Below, in pieces: positions 54,530-64,000 of a stretch of DNA of 64,000 bases (within the stretch, counting starts at the first letter, position 1; each line of letters opens with the position of its first letter). Origin of the DNA: Candidatus Omnitrophota bacterium. Its GTDB lineage: Bacteria > Omnitrophota > Gorgyraeia > Gygaellales > Profunditerraquicolaceae. The stretch spans positions 85,058 through 149,057 of the forward strand of contig JBEKSD010000002.1 of NCBI GenBank assembly GCA_049517335.1, read 5' to 3'. The translations under genes were made by a program, and so were the position numbers. A model generated the notes under the pieces. That model saw only the letters and a program-made list of their open reading frames with translations, was not told the DNA's origin and made no database searches.

Positions 54530-55345
54530 TTAAACGATTGTGATTCCGGCATAGCCAACGACACTTCTAAAATCTCCCGTTGACTCTCCGCTGGTTTGAT
54601 ATTTGACTAACTCACCCCTATTTGCGCCCAATGCCTTTGCCGCGCAAATCAAAGCCGTTACAGGAGCGTACCCACACATGGATATACCCAGTTTCAAGAC
54701 CCTATCCATTAATTTATCTTCGTTTAATTCCAGTATTGCTTCAATCGCAAGCTTATCTTTTTTTTCTGCCGCGTCCTGCGATTCATAATGGGTCATATCG
54801 GAAGAGGCAATTAAAAGGCATTCTTTTTTACCGCCTAAAACCCCGGCAACGGTCTTTCCGATTTCCTTTAAAGCCGTTAAATTATCACTCCTAAAAGCTA
54901 TCGGTACAATTTCAAAATTCTTTTTTAAATACTGTAATAAAGGTAGCTCTACTTCCAGAGAATGCTCATACTTGTGCGCAAGAAAATCATCTTTTAGATA
55001 CTTGGAGGCCCCTAAAATGTCCTTTGCCAGGTGGCTGTCTATTTTAACTGCGCCTAAGGGAGTCTGCCAGAGGCCTTCACTCATGATACTGAATTCCGGG
55101 CCTTCACCGGTATGGTTCGGGCCAAAGAGGATGATTTTATCCCTGATCACAATCCGGGAAAGTACAGCTGCCGCTACTTTTCCGGAATATTCATAACCGG
55201 CATGGGGTAGGACACAGCCGATAACCTCCGATTTGCGTTGCCCCTCGTCAATGAGGCCTTTAATCTGATTTTTAAGCCCAGGAGGGGAAGAAAGATAAAA
55301 TGCCCTTCCCGCCTCACCGCCTGCTACGGGTTTCCTCACGATCAT
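54530..55345 (-). CDS. amrB: AmmeMemoRadiSam system protein B (MEMO1)
   Basis: PHAGY.YSG, GPNH, WQTPLG, EHSLEVELP, ASSDMTHY, SMCG, VVGYA. Confidence 0.94.
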   Translation of the reverse strand: MIVRKPVAGGEAGRAFYLSSPPGLKNQIKGLIDEGQRKSEVIGCVLPHAGYEYSGKVAAAVLSRIVIRDKIILFGPNHTGEGPEFSIMSEGLWQTPLGAVKIDSHLAKDILGASKYLKDDFLAHKYEHSLEVELPLLQYLKKNFEIVPIAFRSDNLTALKEIGKTVAGVLGGKKECLLIASSDMTHYESQDAAEKKDKLAIEAILELNEDKLMDRVLKLGISMCGYAPVTALICAAKALGANRGELVKYQTSGESTGDFRSVVGYAGITIV

Positions 55346-55347
55346 TT

Positions 55348-56259
55348 TTACAGATTCCTTGAAAGGAATTCTTTTGCTTTACGTAACTCTTCAGGCGTAG
55401 CCGGATAATGCGCTTCAATAACTTTAATGGTTTCCTGTTTAAGGTAAGGTTTTAAACGCTTAAAATCCAGCTCTCCTTGACCCGGTGCCTGATGGTCACG
55501 GCAGCCGGTAATATCATGCAGATGTATGCCAAGCATTAAATAAGCATAAGAGCTTAAGAAGTCCAGATGTTTTCCTAGTTTGAGGTTTTCTATAAGCTGG
55601 GCATGTCCCGTATCATGCCAGTAAAAAATATTTGAACCCTTAAACCTTTTAAGGATTAATCCGATTTCTTCAAATGAAGGTATTTCACGGTAATAATAGC
55701 GGGTTTCAAGTCCGAGTAATACGCCTTTTTCTTTTGCGTATGAATTCAATTCATCCAGACTCAGGAGCGTTTTTTCAAAATAAGCATTTGCGAAAACGTT
55801 CCTCTCCCTGATTATATCATCCCGCAGCTTATTAAACTCTCCCGATTCTTTCTTGCCTGATTCGTAGAGGCTGATAAGGACTTTTGTCCGCTCTTTAAGC
55901 TCAACCCTACCGCAGTGAAGCACAACGGCTTTAGCGCCTAAGCTTACTGCGCTATCTATTGAGCGCTTTGTATATTTAAGCGCGCATTTACGTTCATCCT
56001 CATCAAGGGAAGACATGGAATAACAGTCCGGCAGCGCTTTTTCTCTTGAGAACGCTTCGGGAAGCGGGCAGTAATTGTGCACGCTGGAAACCTTAATTGA
56101 GCTGTTTTTGATTAAGCTTACGATTTCCGAAACCATCACAGGCTCAAGGTTAAAACTAAGCTCAACGCTGTCGAAACCTAACCTCCCTATTTCAAAGAGC
56201 ATCTCCCTGCCGCTTTTATGGCGGAAGGCATTCCACGAGGTTGAAAGCGCAAAATCCAT
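55348..56259 (-). CDS. Xylose isomerase-like/AP endonuclease 2 TIM-barrel protein
   Basis: VEL, SVHN.CP, VVLH.G, LETR...REIP, WHDTGHA, HLHD, DH.APG.G. Confidence 0.88.
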   Translation of the reverse strand: MDFALSTSWNAFRHKSGREMLFEIGRLGFDSVELSFNLEPVMVSEIVSLIKNSSIKVSSVHNYCPLPEAFSREKALPDCYSMSSLDEDERKCALKYTKRSIDSAVSLGAKAVVLHCGRVELKERTKVLISLYESGKKESGEFNKLRDDIIRERNVFANAYFEKTLLSLDELNSYAKEKGVLLGLETRYYYREIPSFEEIGLILKRFKGSNIFYWHDTGHAQLIENLKLGKHLDFLSSYAYLMLGIHLHDITGCRDHQAPGQGELDFKRLKPYLKQETIKVIEAHYPATPEELRKAKEFLSRNL

Positions 56260-56264
56260 TTTTA

Positions 56265-56426
56265 CTATCTTCTTCCTTTGGCTTTCTTGCGTTTACGCTC
56301 GCTGGGCTTTTCGTAGTATTTACGGTCGCGGACTTCCCTTAAAACCCCTTCCTGTTCAATCTTTTTCTTAAAACGCCTTAAAGCCGACTCAAACGACTCG
56401 TCTTTTTTAACTTCTATTTCGGACAA
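56265..56426 (-). CDS. rpsU: 30S ribosomal protein bS21 (TTG start, not in the ORF track)
   Basis: [53 protein letters not shown]; AAGGAG SD. Confidence 0.95.
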   Translation of the reverse strand: MSEIEVKKDESFESALRRFKKKIEQEGVLREVRDRKYYEKPSERKRKKAKGRR

Positions 56427-56553
56427 TATAATCATCTCCTTTCTTAAATTAAGCCATAACTTACGCCTGGCTACTCGCTCTCCCTAATTTGAAACAAAGG
56501 ATAAGATAATTATATTATCACTTATTTTCTAGGGTGTCAACCCCGCATCGCTC

Positions 56554-57255
56554 CTACTCAATCTCAAAGGAAATCACCACATTAAAGGATAATTCCCGGT
56601 AATCCAGCTCCTTGGGGAAATTCGGAAAAGGAGAAGCATCTTTTACGCTCTTGAGGGCTATTTCGCGTAGGTACCCTGCTGCGGTTGATTTCTCCGCAAC
56701 TAAACGTGATTCCCTAAGGTAACCGTCATTTGAAATCACAAAGGTTATATAAACCTCTCCCGTATCGGCGTGAATGTAATTCTGGTAGGCAGCACGGCGG
56801 ATTTTCTCTCTAACAATCTGATAATAACTTATGTAGGAAGGGTTATTTATTTTATCCAGGTCAACCGGAGGAAGACTTATTTTTTTCCGGATTGAGATCA
56901 CGTCCAGCTTAACTAAAGCAGGCTTCATTAATGCAGAATCGCGTAAATTAAACTGCTTTTCCTCTTGGTTAAAAAACTTTTCCTTATCAAGATAAGCAGG
57001 CGGAACGCGGTTATCAACAGTTATTTTTGAGGGTATCTTCAGAAAGGGTTCGCTCTTATTAGGTAAAACCGGCCTGATATTTAGGCTGGGTCTTTTCTCT
57101 TTAATCACGCGAGGTTTTAAATAAGTAACCTCAATTTTCGTTTCTTTTTTGCTAAAGAATGGTGAAAGAGAAAAAGAAGTATTTTGCGACAATACCGCAA
57201 TGTGCACTGCCGTAGAAATTACTAATGTAGCTATAAGTAAGCGTTCTAAATACAT
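56554..57255 (-). CDS. TonB/TolA C-terminal-domain protein
   Basis: N-terminal TM with S...H; Y...VREKI, GEV..F.I..DG, A...V..ASPFP.FP. Confidence 0.85.
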   Translation of the reverse strand: MYLERLLIATLVISTAVHIAVLSQNTSFSLSPFFSKKETKIEVTYLKPRVIKEKRPSLNIRPVLPNKSEPFLKIPSKITVDNRVPPAYLDKEKFFNQEEKQFNLRDSALMKPALVKLDVISIRKKISLPPVDLDKINNPSYISYYQIVREKIRRAAYQNYIHADTGEVYITFVISNDGYLRESRLVAEKSTAAGYLREIALKSVKDASPFPNFPKELDYRELSFNVVISFEIE

Positions 57256-57290
57256 GCTAATAGTATACCAAGCGATGGCTTTTGAAACAA

Positions 57291-57342
57291 GAAGAAAACA
57301 GGGGCGTTTAGCTTTAAGGATAGTTAAGAAACGCCCCTGTTT
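57291..57342 (-). terminator. Hairpin terminator of btuB, related in sequence to the 7849 REP unit
   Basis: 14-bp IR AAACAGGGGCGTTT/AAACGCCCCTGTTT followed by T residues on the minus strand. Confidence 0.72.
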
Positions 57343-57360
57343 GAGCTTTGACTTTGATTT

Positions 57361-59412
57361 TTAAAAAGTATAGTCGATTTTTAAACTAAAATTTCTCCCC
57401 GGGTTAGGGTAATAGAATTTGTCCCCTATCGTATGTCCAGAGGAGAAAGACGAAAGGATACCGGCAAACTCAGAGTATTGCTTATCAAAAAGATTATTGA
57501 TGCCGAAGGTAACGGTTAAATCCTTATGGCGCCAGGATAGATTCGTATCTGCAATCATATAGCCGTTAAGCCGGGAATAGGCATTGGCTTGGTCATTAAG
57601 AAAGTATCTCTGGCCAACATAAGTACCTGTTAGATTAAGCATGAAATTTCCGGGTAGGGCCCATCTTAGGCCAACGCTCCCCTTATGCTGCGGCACCATC
57701 GGTATTGCGTTATTATCATATTGCCCGCCGTCAAAATAAGCATTCGTAAAAGTATAGTTCCCATAAAGATTAATATCGGTGTTGAGTTTTGCGTCTAAAG
57801 AAAACTCAAATCCCTGATGAACAGTTTTATCGTAGTTTCCATTCCGGTTATTCCCTAACGGATCGCCATTAAAATAAAGTTCATCCTTAACATTCATCCT
57901 AAAGAGAGAAATACTAGCCTTGAAACGTTCGGAGAACTTTTGCCTCAAGCCCAGCTGATAATTGATCGCAGACTGCGGTTGCAATTCGGTATTAAGCTGG
58001 GTGTGCCAAGAGCTATCGAGATAGGTAAATTCATCAACTTCGGGAAAACGAAAACTCTTTCCGGCATTAAAAAAAACGCTAGAATCACCGTTATAGTTAT
58101 AGATCAGCCCAGTATTAAAGGCGTTCATCTTAGCATATAACTTAGTATCCTGATCGGGGCTACCCCAATAATTATCGTGATAGCTGAATCCGTAACGGGC
58201 AATTTCGTAGCGATAACCACCGGTTAAAACTAACTGCTTAAAAATGGAAAATTCATCCTGCAAATATCCGGCAAGAGAAGTCTTACAAATATTTGTGAAA
58301 TTTATTATATCGCTATCATTGGCTTGATTAAACTGGTCTGAATTATAGAAACTCCGGTAGTAATCAAACCCCGCCAACAGCTTATTTTCACGGTCAAAAA
58401 TATCATGCCCGAGCGTATATTTAGGCGTTACGCCGAAAGTTTCGATTTTGTTCCTTTCAGTATATAATCCTGAAGATAAAAAATAGGAATCGGTATCTTT
58501 TATACGGTATGAAAAATCAACGTTAAAATCGCCCCATCCGATGGGCTTACTATCAACTCCCGTCACAAAGTAATAGTCTTTGTTATTAACGTGGTCATTG
58601 GCGTACCTGGCGTAACTTCTTCCGTGCTCGTCTATATCATTTTGGAACAAGGCACCGGGCAAACCGAAAGTTGCAGCATGAAATCCTGAATTAAAATGTG
58701 TAGAAAATATATCATTAAATTTATATTCAAGATTAGAGGCAAAATCATTATTCTTGTCAAAAGTATTATTGCGATAGCCATTTGTTGCATCGCGCCCAAG
58801 ATTAAACAAATAAGAAAACTTATTATCGATACTCCCTCCAAGAGATAGCTTTTGCGCGTTTTTATCATAGCTGCCGTATTCAACCTTTAAATTTACCTTT
58901 GGTTTACCCTCTCCTTTTTTAGTAATAATATTGATTACGCCGCTTGAGGCATTGTCCCCATATAGCACAGCGGCAGCCCCCCCCCGTATAATTTCAATAC
59001 GCTCCACCTGATCTAAAGGAATCTGCTTCCAGTCAACCCCGCTTAAGTCAACGTCGTTGACCCGCCTGCCGTCAACTAAGACTAATACGTTAAGCGCCGC
59101 CTGTTCTCCAAAGCCATGTATATCTACGGCAACCTTAGTGCCATTGCCATAGAGATCTCGCACTGTCAATCCCGGGATCGACCTAAACATGTCCACTGTT
59201 TCCTCGGCATTCGAGTTTCTTATGTCTGCCGGTGTTATCACGCTGACGCTTGAAGGGGTCTTACTTAAAACTTCCGAATAGCCGTATGGCGTAACTACTA
59301 TTTTTTGCAAATTTATTTCATCCGAACCAGTCTCGGCCAAAAGCGCCGAATAACTCAGCACTGCCAATAAAAAACTCAGCCCAACTACTCTTAAAAATCT
59401 TGCTCCAAACAT
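57361..59412 (-). CDS. btuB: TonB-dependent receptor, probably for cobalamin
   Basis: TonB box IVVT, plug LVLVDG...ERIEIIRG.....YG....GVINIITK, NNLFDK.Y, GRNF, terminal F; preceded by a cobalamin riboswitch; start reassigned to 59412. Confidence 0.88.
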   Translation of the reverse strand: MFGARFLRVVGLSFLLAVLSYSALLAETGSDEINLQKIVVTPYGYSEVLSKTPSSVSVITPADIRNSNAEETVDMFRSIPGLTVRDLYGNGTKVAVDIHGFGEQAALNVLVLVDGRRVNDVDLSGVDWKQIPLDQVERIEIIRGGAAAVLYGDNASSGVINIITKKGEGKPKVNLKVEYGSYDKNAQKLSLGGSIDNKFSYLFNLGRDATNGYRNNTFDKNNDFASNLEYKFNDIFSTHFNSGFHAATFGLPGALFQNDIDEHGRSYARYANDHVNNKDYYFVTGVDSKPIGWGDFNVDFSYRIKDTDSYFLSSGLYTERNKIETFGVTPKYTLGHDIFDRENKLLAGFDYYRSFYNSDQFNQANDSDIINFTNICKTSLAGYLQDEFSIFKQLVLTGGYRYEIARYGFSYHDNYWGSPDQDTKLYAKMNAFNTGLIYNYNGDSSVFFNAGKSFRFPEVDEFTYLDSSWHTQLNTELQPQSAINYQLGLRQKFSERFKASISLFRMNVKDELYFNGDPLGNNRNGNYDKTVHQGFEFSLDAKLNTDINLYGNYTFTNAYFDGGQYDNNAIPMVPQHKGSVGLRWALPGNFMLNLTGTYVGQRYFLNDQANAYSRLNGYMIADTNLSWRHKDLTVTFGINNLFDKQYSEFAGILSSFSSGHTIGDKFYYPNPGRNFSLKIDYTF

Positions 59413-59443
59413 GTGTTTCTGCCTTTCCCGGACCCAGATAAAC

Positions 59444-59482
59444 AAAAAACCCTTAACGCGAAAAAGACTGGCATTAAGGGTT
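59444..59482 (-). terminator. Riboswitch expression-platform terminator
   Basis: Minus strand AACCCTTAATGC...GCGTTAAGGGTT followed by a T run, between the aptamer and btuB. Confidence 0.7.
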
Positions 59483-59546
59483 ACCCTGTTTTATCCCCTT
59501 CTCCGGTCTGTCCGCGGACCGGATATCGGATTGAACTTAAAAAATC

Positions 59547-59700
59547 AACACGGTCTAGGTCTTCTGACTTAAGAGATCATCCTACTTTCCTGCGCCTTCC
59601 CATCCAAAAAATCAGGATAGTGGCAATTACGCGGGATTTCGTCCCTCTGTTACAGCAGCGGGTCTGTGGTTGATTTTCACAACCTTCCCTTATACCGTAT
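59547..59700 (-). ncRNA. Cobalamin riboswitch
   Basis: Minus strand AAGGGAAGGTTGTGAAAATCAACC..CCCGCTGCTGTAA...GCCACT...GGGAAGG...AGTCAGAAGACCT (B12 box). Confidence 0.93.
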
Positions 59701-59714
59701 AACTTTTTAAGTTT

Positions 59715-60221
59715 CTATTTACTCAAAAGAACGGTTGCTAACTTTGTATTCTTAACACGGTGCGCAATTAACTCATAAGCGCCGAAAAATGCGCAGGAAT
59801 AAATTATTGTTGCCAAAGTAAAATCGCGGAAAAACGGTAGTCCCAATATATAAGAATTGGCTAAACCGCTAAGTGTATTTGGGTACCATCCCATGGCCCA
59901 TACGCCGAAATTCGTAATCAGGTAGAAAATGACCGAAGAAAGAAATGAAGTTACTAATACCCTAGAAATACTTTTCTGTTTTCGTAAAAAATAACCAAAA
60001 AATGTTATCACAATAAACGCTCCCCAGACAAAAAGGAAAAGATTATGAAACCCGATAAAAAAGTCGCTTATTACCATAAGTAAAAGAGGGATTATAACTG
60101 AATATTTTTTATTTAAATATGCTCCTGAGAAAAGTGCAATTGCTGCAACCGGGGTAAAATTCGGCGTATGCGGTACAAACCTTAATAATATGCCTACTAG
60201 AATTAATAAAATAGCTAGCAT
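59715..60221 (-). CDS. DUF6580-like putative ECF S-component transporter
   Basis: RFVPH.PNFTPVAAIALFSG, ISD, FYLITNFGVW...YP.T..GL...Y..GLPF. Confidence 0.82.
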   Translation of the reverse strand: MLAILLILVGILLRFVPHTPNFTPVAAIALFSGAYLNKKYSVIIPLLLMVISDFFIGFHNLFLFVWGAFIVITFFGYFLRKQKSISRVLVTSFLSSVIFYLITNFGVWAMGWYPNTLSGLANSYILGLPFFRDFTLATIIYSCAFFGAYELIAHRVKNTKLATVLLSK

Positions 60222-60285
60222 GAACCCTCCTTGTTAATTTACTTAGCGTATATTATTGCAAAATAAGTTTTATGTCAAGTCAATT

Positions 60286-60789
60286 TTAACACTCTATACC
60301 TATTCTCGCTTTTATTCCTTTATTATAATAATGCTTTATCTCCCTAATTTCGCTGACTAAATCCGCCTCCTTTATAATCCGTTTTGAAGCATCCCTGCCG
60401 GTCAAAACTATTTCCGTATTTTTAGGCACGAGTTTAATCAGCGTTAATACGTCATTTACCTTTAAAAGTCCGAGTTTCATGGCGACATTTACTTCGTCAA
60501 GAATAATCAAATCAAATTTTTTTTCAGTTACGGCCTTTTTTATTTTATTTATGCCTTTATTTGCCGATTCAATGTCTTTAGCCGAAAGTTTTCTCTTAAT
60601 AAAATATCCCCGGCCAAACTGCTCCACTTTTATATTCTTAAACTTCTTTAAAGCAACCAGTTCGCTGTAACATTTTCCTTTAATGAATTGGGCAAAATAT
60701 ACCTTAAGGCCTGCACCGCTGGCCCTCAGCGCAAGGCCTAACGCGGCGGTAGTTTTACCTTTCCCGTTACCAGTATAGACATGGATCAT
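60286..60789 (-). CDS. cobO: Cob(I)alamin adenosyltransferase
   Basis: VYTGNGKGKTTAALG, QFIKG, ILDE, LTGR, ADLVSE...KH...GI.AR.GIE. Confidence 0.95.
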   Translation of the reverse strand: MIHVYTGNGKGKTTAALGLALRASGAGLKVYFAQFIKGKCYSELVALKKFKNIKVEQFGRGYFIKRKLSAKDIESANKGINKIKKAVTEKKFDLIILDEVNVAMKLGLLKVNDVLTLIKLVPKNTEIVLTGRDASKRIIKEADLVSEIREIKHYYNKGIKARIGIEC

Positions 60790-61451
60790 TTTCTTTTTAA
60801 TTCCTTAAAGATAAAGTTGATAAACCTCAGTGTATCAAGAAAGGGGTTTATCTGGCTCTTTTCCCCGGCATATACCGTTTTAATGGGGAGAGACTCAATT
60901 TTGAATCCAAACCTGCTTGCCTGAATTAAGAGTTCCGATTCTATTTCAAATTTTGAAGCTTTTAAGCTGACCTTTTTTAAGACATCGCTCTTAATCAGGC
61001 GAAAACCGCACTGGGTATCGTATATTTTCTGTTTTGCAACTAGCGATATAAGCCAGGACATAAATCTATTGGTTAGCATCCTGACAAAGGGCATGCCTTT
61101 AAGATTAGTCATCCTGTTTCCCACAAACAGACCGCTTGAGGAATTTTCCGCAGCCTGGATAAAAGAAGGGATATCTTCGGGCAGGTGCTGGCCGTCGCCG
61201 TCCATGCATATTACGGCGTCAAAACCTTTATCCAGGACATAATTAAACCCCTTGATTAAAGCTGCCCCCTTGCCTTGATTCTTTTCATTGTGAATAAGTA
61301 CTGCTCCTTTGTCCTGCGCTATTTTTGCCGTATTGTCGGTTGAGCCGTCATCGATAATAACAACATCAAGACCCTGCTTACGGATTTTATCAATCAAGGC
61401 ACTGATAGTTTTCTCCTCATTATAGGCTGGAATAACAACGCAGGCTTTCAT
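60786..61451 (-). CDS. GT2 glycosyltransferase (DPM1-like)
   Basis: IPAYNEE, DDGSTD, NQGKG, MDGDGQH, DTQCGFR, FEIESE. Confidence 0.93.
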   Translation of the reverse strand: MKACVVIPAYNEEKTISALIDKIRKQGLDVVIIDDGSTDNTAKIAQDKGAVLIHNEKNQGKGAALIKGFNYVLDKGFDAVICMDGDGQHLPEDIPSFIQAAENSSSGLFVGNRMTNLKGMPFVRMLTNRFMSWLISLVAKQKIYDTQCGFRLIKSDVLKKVSLKASKFEIESELLIQASRFGFKIESLPIKTVYAGEKSQINPFLDTLRFINFIFKELKRK

Positions 61452-61454
61452 AGC

Positions 61455-62309
61455 TTAAATCCAAAACCTTCTGAAAATATACCACTGCTCAGGATACTTA
61501 CGGATATAGTCCTCAAATATTTTTACGTATTCGCGGATGCACATTTTTATGTCTTCCTTTTTATCCCCTCGAGAAACAAGCTGGAATGGCTTTTCTATCT
61601 TTAAGGTAAAACTGTCATCGGGGTTCCTGACCATAAAACACGGTAGGATAGATGCCCCGGTCTTTAAAGCAAAGGCGGCCGGACCGTCGGGGAAACGCGC
61701 TTTTTTTCCAAAAAAGTCAGTAATTACACCCTTACCCGTAAAATCCCTATCCCCGACAAGCGCGATTATTTTATTATCATTTAAGAGGTCCAGGCACTGC
61801 CTTACCGCCTTACTAAAAGGAATGACATTGACCCCTTTACTTTTTCTCTGTGAATCAAAGAAGTCATTTACCTCTTTCTCCTTATGCTCAAGCGCAACCG
61901 CCCATAAAGGATACCCTGAAAGCGCGACAACCACCGCCCCCAGTTCCCAATTCCCGATATGGGCTGACAAAATAATCGCCCCTTTACCGTTTTTTAAGGC
62001 ATCTTCAAAATGGTTCAAATTCTCTATGCGGATATTTTTATTTATATATTCGTTATCCAGCTTTTCATAGCGGAAGAAATCTACGAGGTATTTTGCGAAA
62101 TTCCTGAACAACCAGGTTCTAATCTTGCGGATTTCTTCGGCTGATTTTTCGGGAAAAATGGCTTTCAGGTTTTCAGTCACAAACCTGCGGTCGCGGAAAG
62201 CAAAGATATGACGCAGGTCGGCAATAAATACGGCAATGCTGTAGGCTAATTTTAACGGCAGGTGTAGCGCAATAGACTGCCCCAGCCGATAAAAAAAATA
62301 GTTGACCAC
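61455..62309 (-). CDS. Lysophospholipid/lipid A acyltransferase (HtrB/PatA family)
   Basis: SAHIGNWE, LVGDR, FFG, GPA.FA, PEQWY. Confidence 0.92.
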   Translation of the reverse strand: MVNYFFYRLGQSIALHLPLKLAYSIAVFIADLRHIFAFRDRRFVTENLKAIFPEKSAEEIRKIRTWLFRNFAKYLVDFFRYEKLDNEYINKNIRIENLNHFEDALKNGKGAIILSAHIGNWELGAVVVALSGYPLWAVALEHKEKEVNDFFDSQRKSKGVNVIPFSKAVRQCLDLLNDNKIIALVGDRDFTGKGVITDFFGKKARFPDGPAAFALKTGASILPCFMVRNPDDSFTLKIEKPFQLVSRGDKKEDIKMCIREYVKIFEDYIRKYPEQWYIFRRFWI

Positions 62310-62311
62310 GT

Positions 62312-63469
62312 TTATAAATTTAAAATTAATTTTGCGATATCCAGGCTGGCATTAGGCTTGCTTATTTTCCCGGCAGCTTCACGCATCCGGTTCATTTTCT
62401 CCGGATTATTCAACAGGCCTTCTATGATACCGCCTATCTCTTTAGGCTCATCAACTTTTAACGCAGCGCCCTTCCCGGTCAGGTAATCCGAATTGCTCAC
62501 CTCCTGCCCGGGGATAGGCTTGATTATTAGCATAGGTATCCTCTTTGAAAGGACTTCCGCGGTTGTAACTCCTCCGGGTTTGGATATTATCACATCGCAG
62601 ATATCCATAAGCTCATTGATAAAATTTACGAAGCCGAAGAGAAGGATTTTTTTATTTGATTTTTTTATTTTTCGTTTTAATGAATTATAAAGCTTTTTAT
62701 TCATACCGGCAACGATTATCTCCTGCAGCGGACGCCTTACCTTTTCCAGGGACTTAACGATTGCCTTAATCGGGCCTAAACCCTGTCCGCCTCCCATGAT
62801 CAATAGCGTAGGGATATCGGGATTAAGCCTGTATTTCTGGAATAATTTATTCTGCTCAAGCGGTTCATTAAATTTATGATCAAAGGGTATGCCTAAGGAG
62901 CGGATCTTACCGGTAGGAATACCTTTCTTAACCAGGCGGTCGGTTACGTCTTCAGAGGGAGTAATGTAGTAATCAACCGTATCATAAACCCAGAAAGCAT
63001 GGGGGATATAATCCGTAAGCACGGCAACCAGCGAAAGAGGCGAAGGATAATCTTTTTTATAGTACGCGACCATGCCGCAGGGAAAGGCCTGCGTGCAGAC
63101 GACTATATCCGGATTGAATTTTTCAAAAAGCCGGCGCAATTTCGGCGAATTCATCTTATGGATGTTATTCTTTATTTTTTCAAGTTTCTTGACCACGTTC
63201 GGGTTGTCATAAAGGTAGCTCCATAACTGGGGAACGCTTTTTATTACCCCCATATAGAGCCGGTTAATTATCTTCTCAGAGACGGGGTTTGTATAATTAA
63301 AGGCATTTATATTCATAATCTCGGTCTCAGGCGCGAGCGCTTTAATAGCTTTTCCAATTGCCATGGTCGCGCTGCGATGGCCCGACACTTCCGATATGTA
63401 CATTAAAATAATACGTTTTGGCTTCAGTAAAGCTTCCCTTCTTTGTATAGCTGGACAAAAACCTTGCAA
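62312..63469 (-). CDS. MGDG synthase/UgtP-like GT28 glycosyltransferase (start uncertain)
   Basis: SGHR.A, CTQAFP, LTDY..H..W, GIP, MGGGQGLG, KPGGVT..E, PIPGQE..N. Confidence 0.9.
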   Translation of the reverse strand: MQGFCPAIQRREALLKPKRIILMYISEVSGHRSATMAIGKAIKALAPETEIMNINAFNYTNPVSEKIINRLYMGVIKSVPQLWSYLYDNPNVVKKLEKIKNNIHKMNSPKLRRLFEKFNPDIVVCTQAFPCGMVAYYKKDYPSPLSLVAVLTDYIPHAFWVYDTVDYYITPSEDVTDRLVKKGIPTGKIRSLGIPFDHKFNEPLEQNKLFQKYRLNPDIPTLLIMGGGQGLGPIKAIVKSLEKVRRPLQEIIVAGMNKKLYNSLKRKIKKSNKKILLFGFVNFINELMDICDVIISKPGGVTTAEVLSKRIPMLIIKPIPGQEVSNSDYLTGKGAALKVDEPKEIGGIIEGLLNNPEKMNRMREAAGKISKPNASLDIAKLILNL

Positions 63470-64000
63470 ATTTGCGGATGCAACTGCTTGCCGCTCACCC
63501 TTTCTATTTCTTTAACCGCTTCCTCTTTAGACAGCCCCTTCCTGTAAGGCCTGTCTCTGGTCATAGCGTCAAAGCTATCGGCAACGGAAATAATTGAGGC
63601 GATTAAAGGAATCTCTTCCCCTTTTAACCCTTCCGGGTAACCGGAGCCGTCATAATTTTCATGATGGTATTTCACACCCTGAATACACTCGTGTAATTCT
63701 TTGATCGGGTTCAATATTACCGCTCCGATATGCGGATGGCCCATAATGAGTTTTTTCTCTTCTTCATTCAGGGCACCGTCTTTATTCAGGATAGACTCAG
63801 GGATGCCGATTTTACCGATATCGTGGAGCAGGCTTGCTATATGCAGGTGCTCGAGAAACTCTTCGTTGAATTCCTCTTTATTTATTTCGGCGAGCCTTTT
63901 GGCGAGGGCAAGGCTTAAATTAGTTACGCGTGCCGTATGGCCGTGGGTGTAATGGTCCTTGGCGTCTATTGCCGCAGCCAAGGCAACTGTAGTATTAATA
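63424..64000 (-). CDS. HD-GYP domain protein (5' truncated by the window)
   Basis: DAKDHYTHGH..RV, LLHDIGKIGIP, HHENYDGSGYP, VADSFDAMT..RPYR; frame open to the window end. Confidence 0.92.
   Translation of the reverse strand, partial: INTTVALAAAIDAKDHYTHGHTARVTNLSLALAKRLAEINKEEFNEEFLEHLHIASLLHDIGKIGIPESILNKDGALNEEEKKLIMGHPHIGAVILNPIKELHECIQGVKYHHENYDGSGYPEGLKGEEIPLIASIISVADSFDAMTRDRPYRKGLSKEEAVKEIERVSGKQLHPQICKVFVQLYKEGKLY

Noticed and set aside
55298-55325. Short GEAGRA insertion in the AmrB N-terminus as a repeat insertion
   Set aside because: No full palindrome or second copy found, so too weak to call
9656-62416. E. coli-type KOPS (GGGNAGGG) polarised toward dif
   Set aside because: The few octamers spotted right of dif occur in both orientations (e.g. 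50941 versus 51121 and 57652), so no polarity can be claimed by eye
1-64000. Many short ORFs antisense to or overlapping recognised genes in the ORF track
   Set aside because: They are shadows of well-supported genes and show no motifs or convincing SD sequences

Overview
Bacterial chromosomal window, probably from the PVC superphylum and most likely Omnitrophota/OP3 (inferred from the PVC small basic signature protein, the alginate-export-type porin, TMTC-like proteins and the Asp23/AmaP pair). It appears to span the replication terminus. A near-canonical XerC/D dif site lies at 17583-17610, and gene orientation flips there: all genes are on + to the left and almost all on - to the right. 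The left arm carries mgtA, gltA/sudA, panB, glyS, ppdK, a sigma-70, apt, tRNA-Arg, a porin, a GH57 hydrolase and an operon with a ParA ATPase fused to a glycogen-binding CBM48 domain. Right of dif is an accessory tract of about 11 kb. It holds a dinB remnant, an AT-rich TMTC/GT9 island bounded by two halves of a REP-like palindrome, lexA with a candidate new operator, a chagasin-like protein, a CsoR-led porin/MacB-type ABC operon, an MFS gene between direct repeats, and a radical SAM gene. The rest is housekeeping: c-di-GMP-related proteins, aroB/aroQ, dgt, thiC/thiE, heptose genes, pfkA, accBC, efp, rpsU, a cobalamin-riboswitch-controlled btuB, cobO and glycolipid synthesis genes. The best candidates for undescribed biology are the ParA-CBM48 module, the REP-bounded island, the CsoR-regulated envelope operon and the LexA operator. 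All calls come from reading motifs by eye; no database searches were run.
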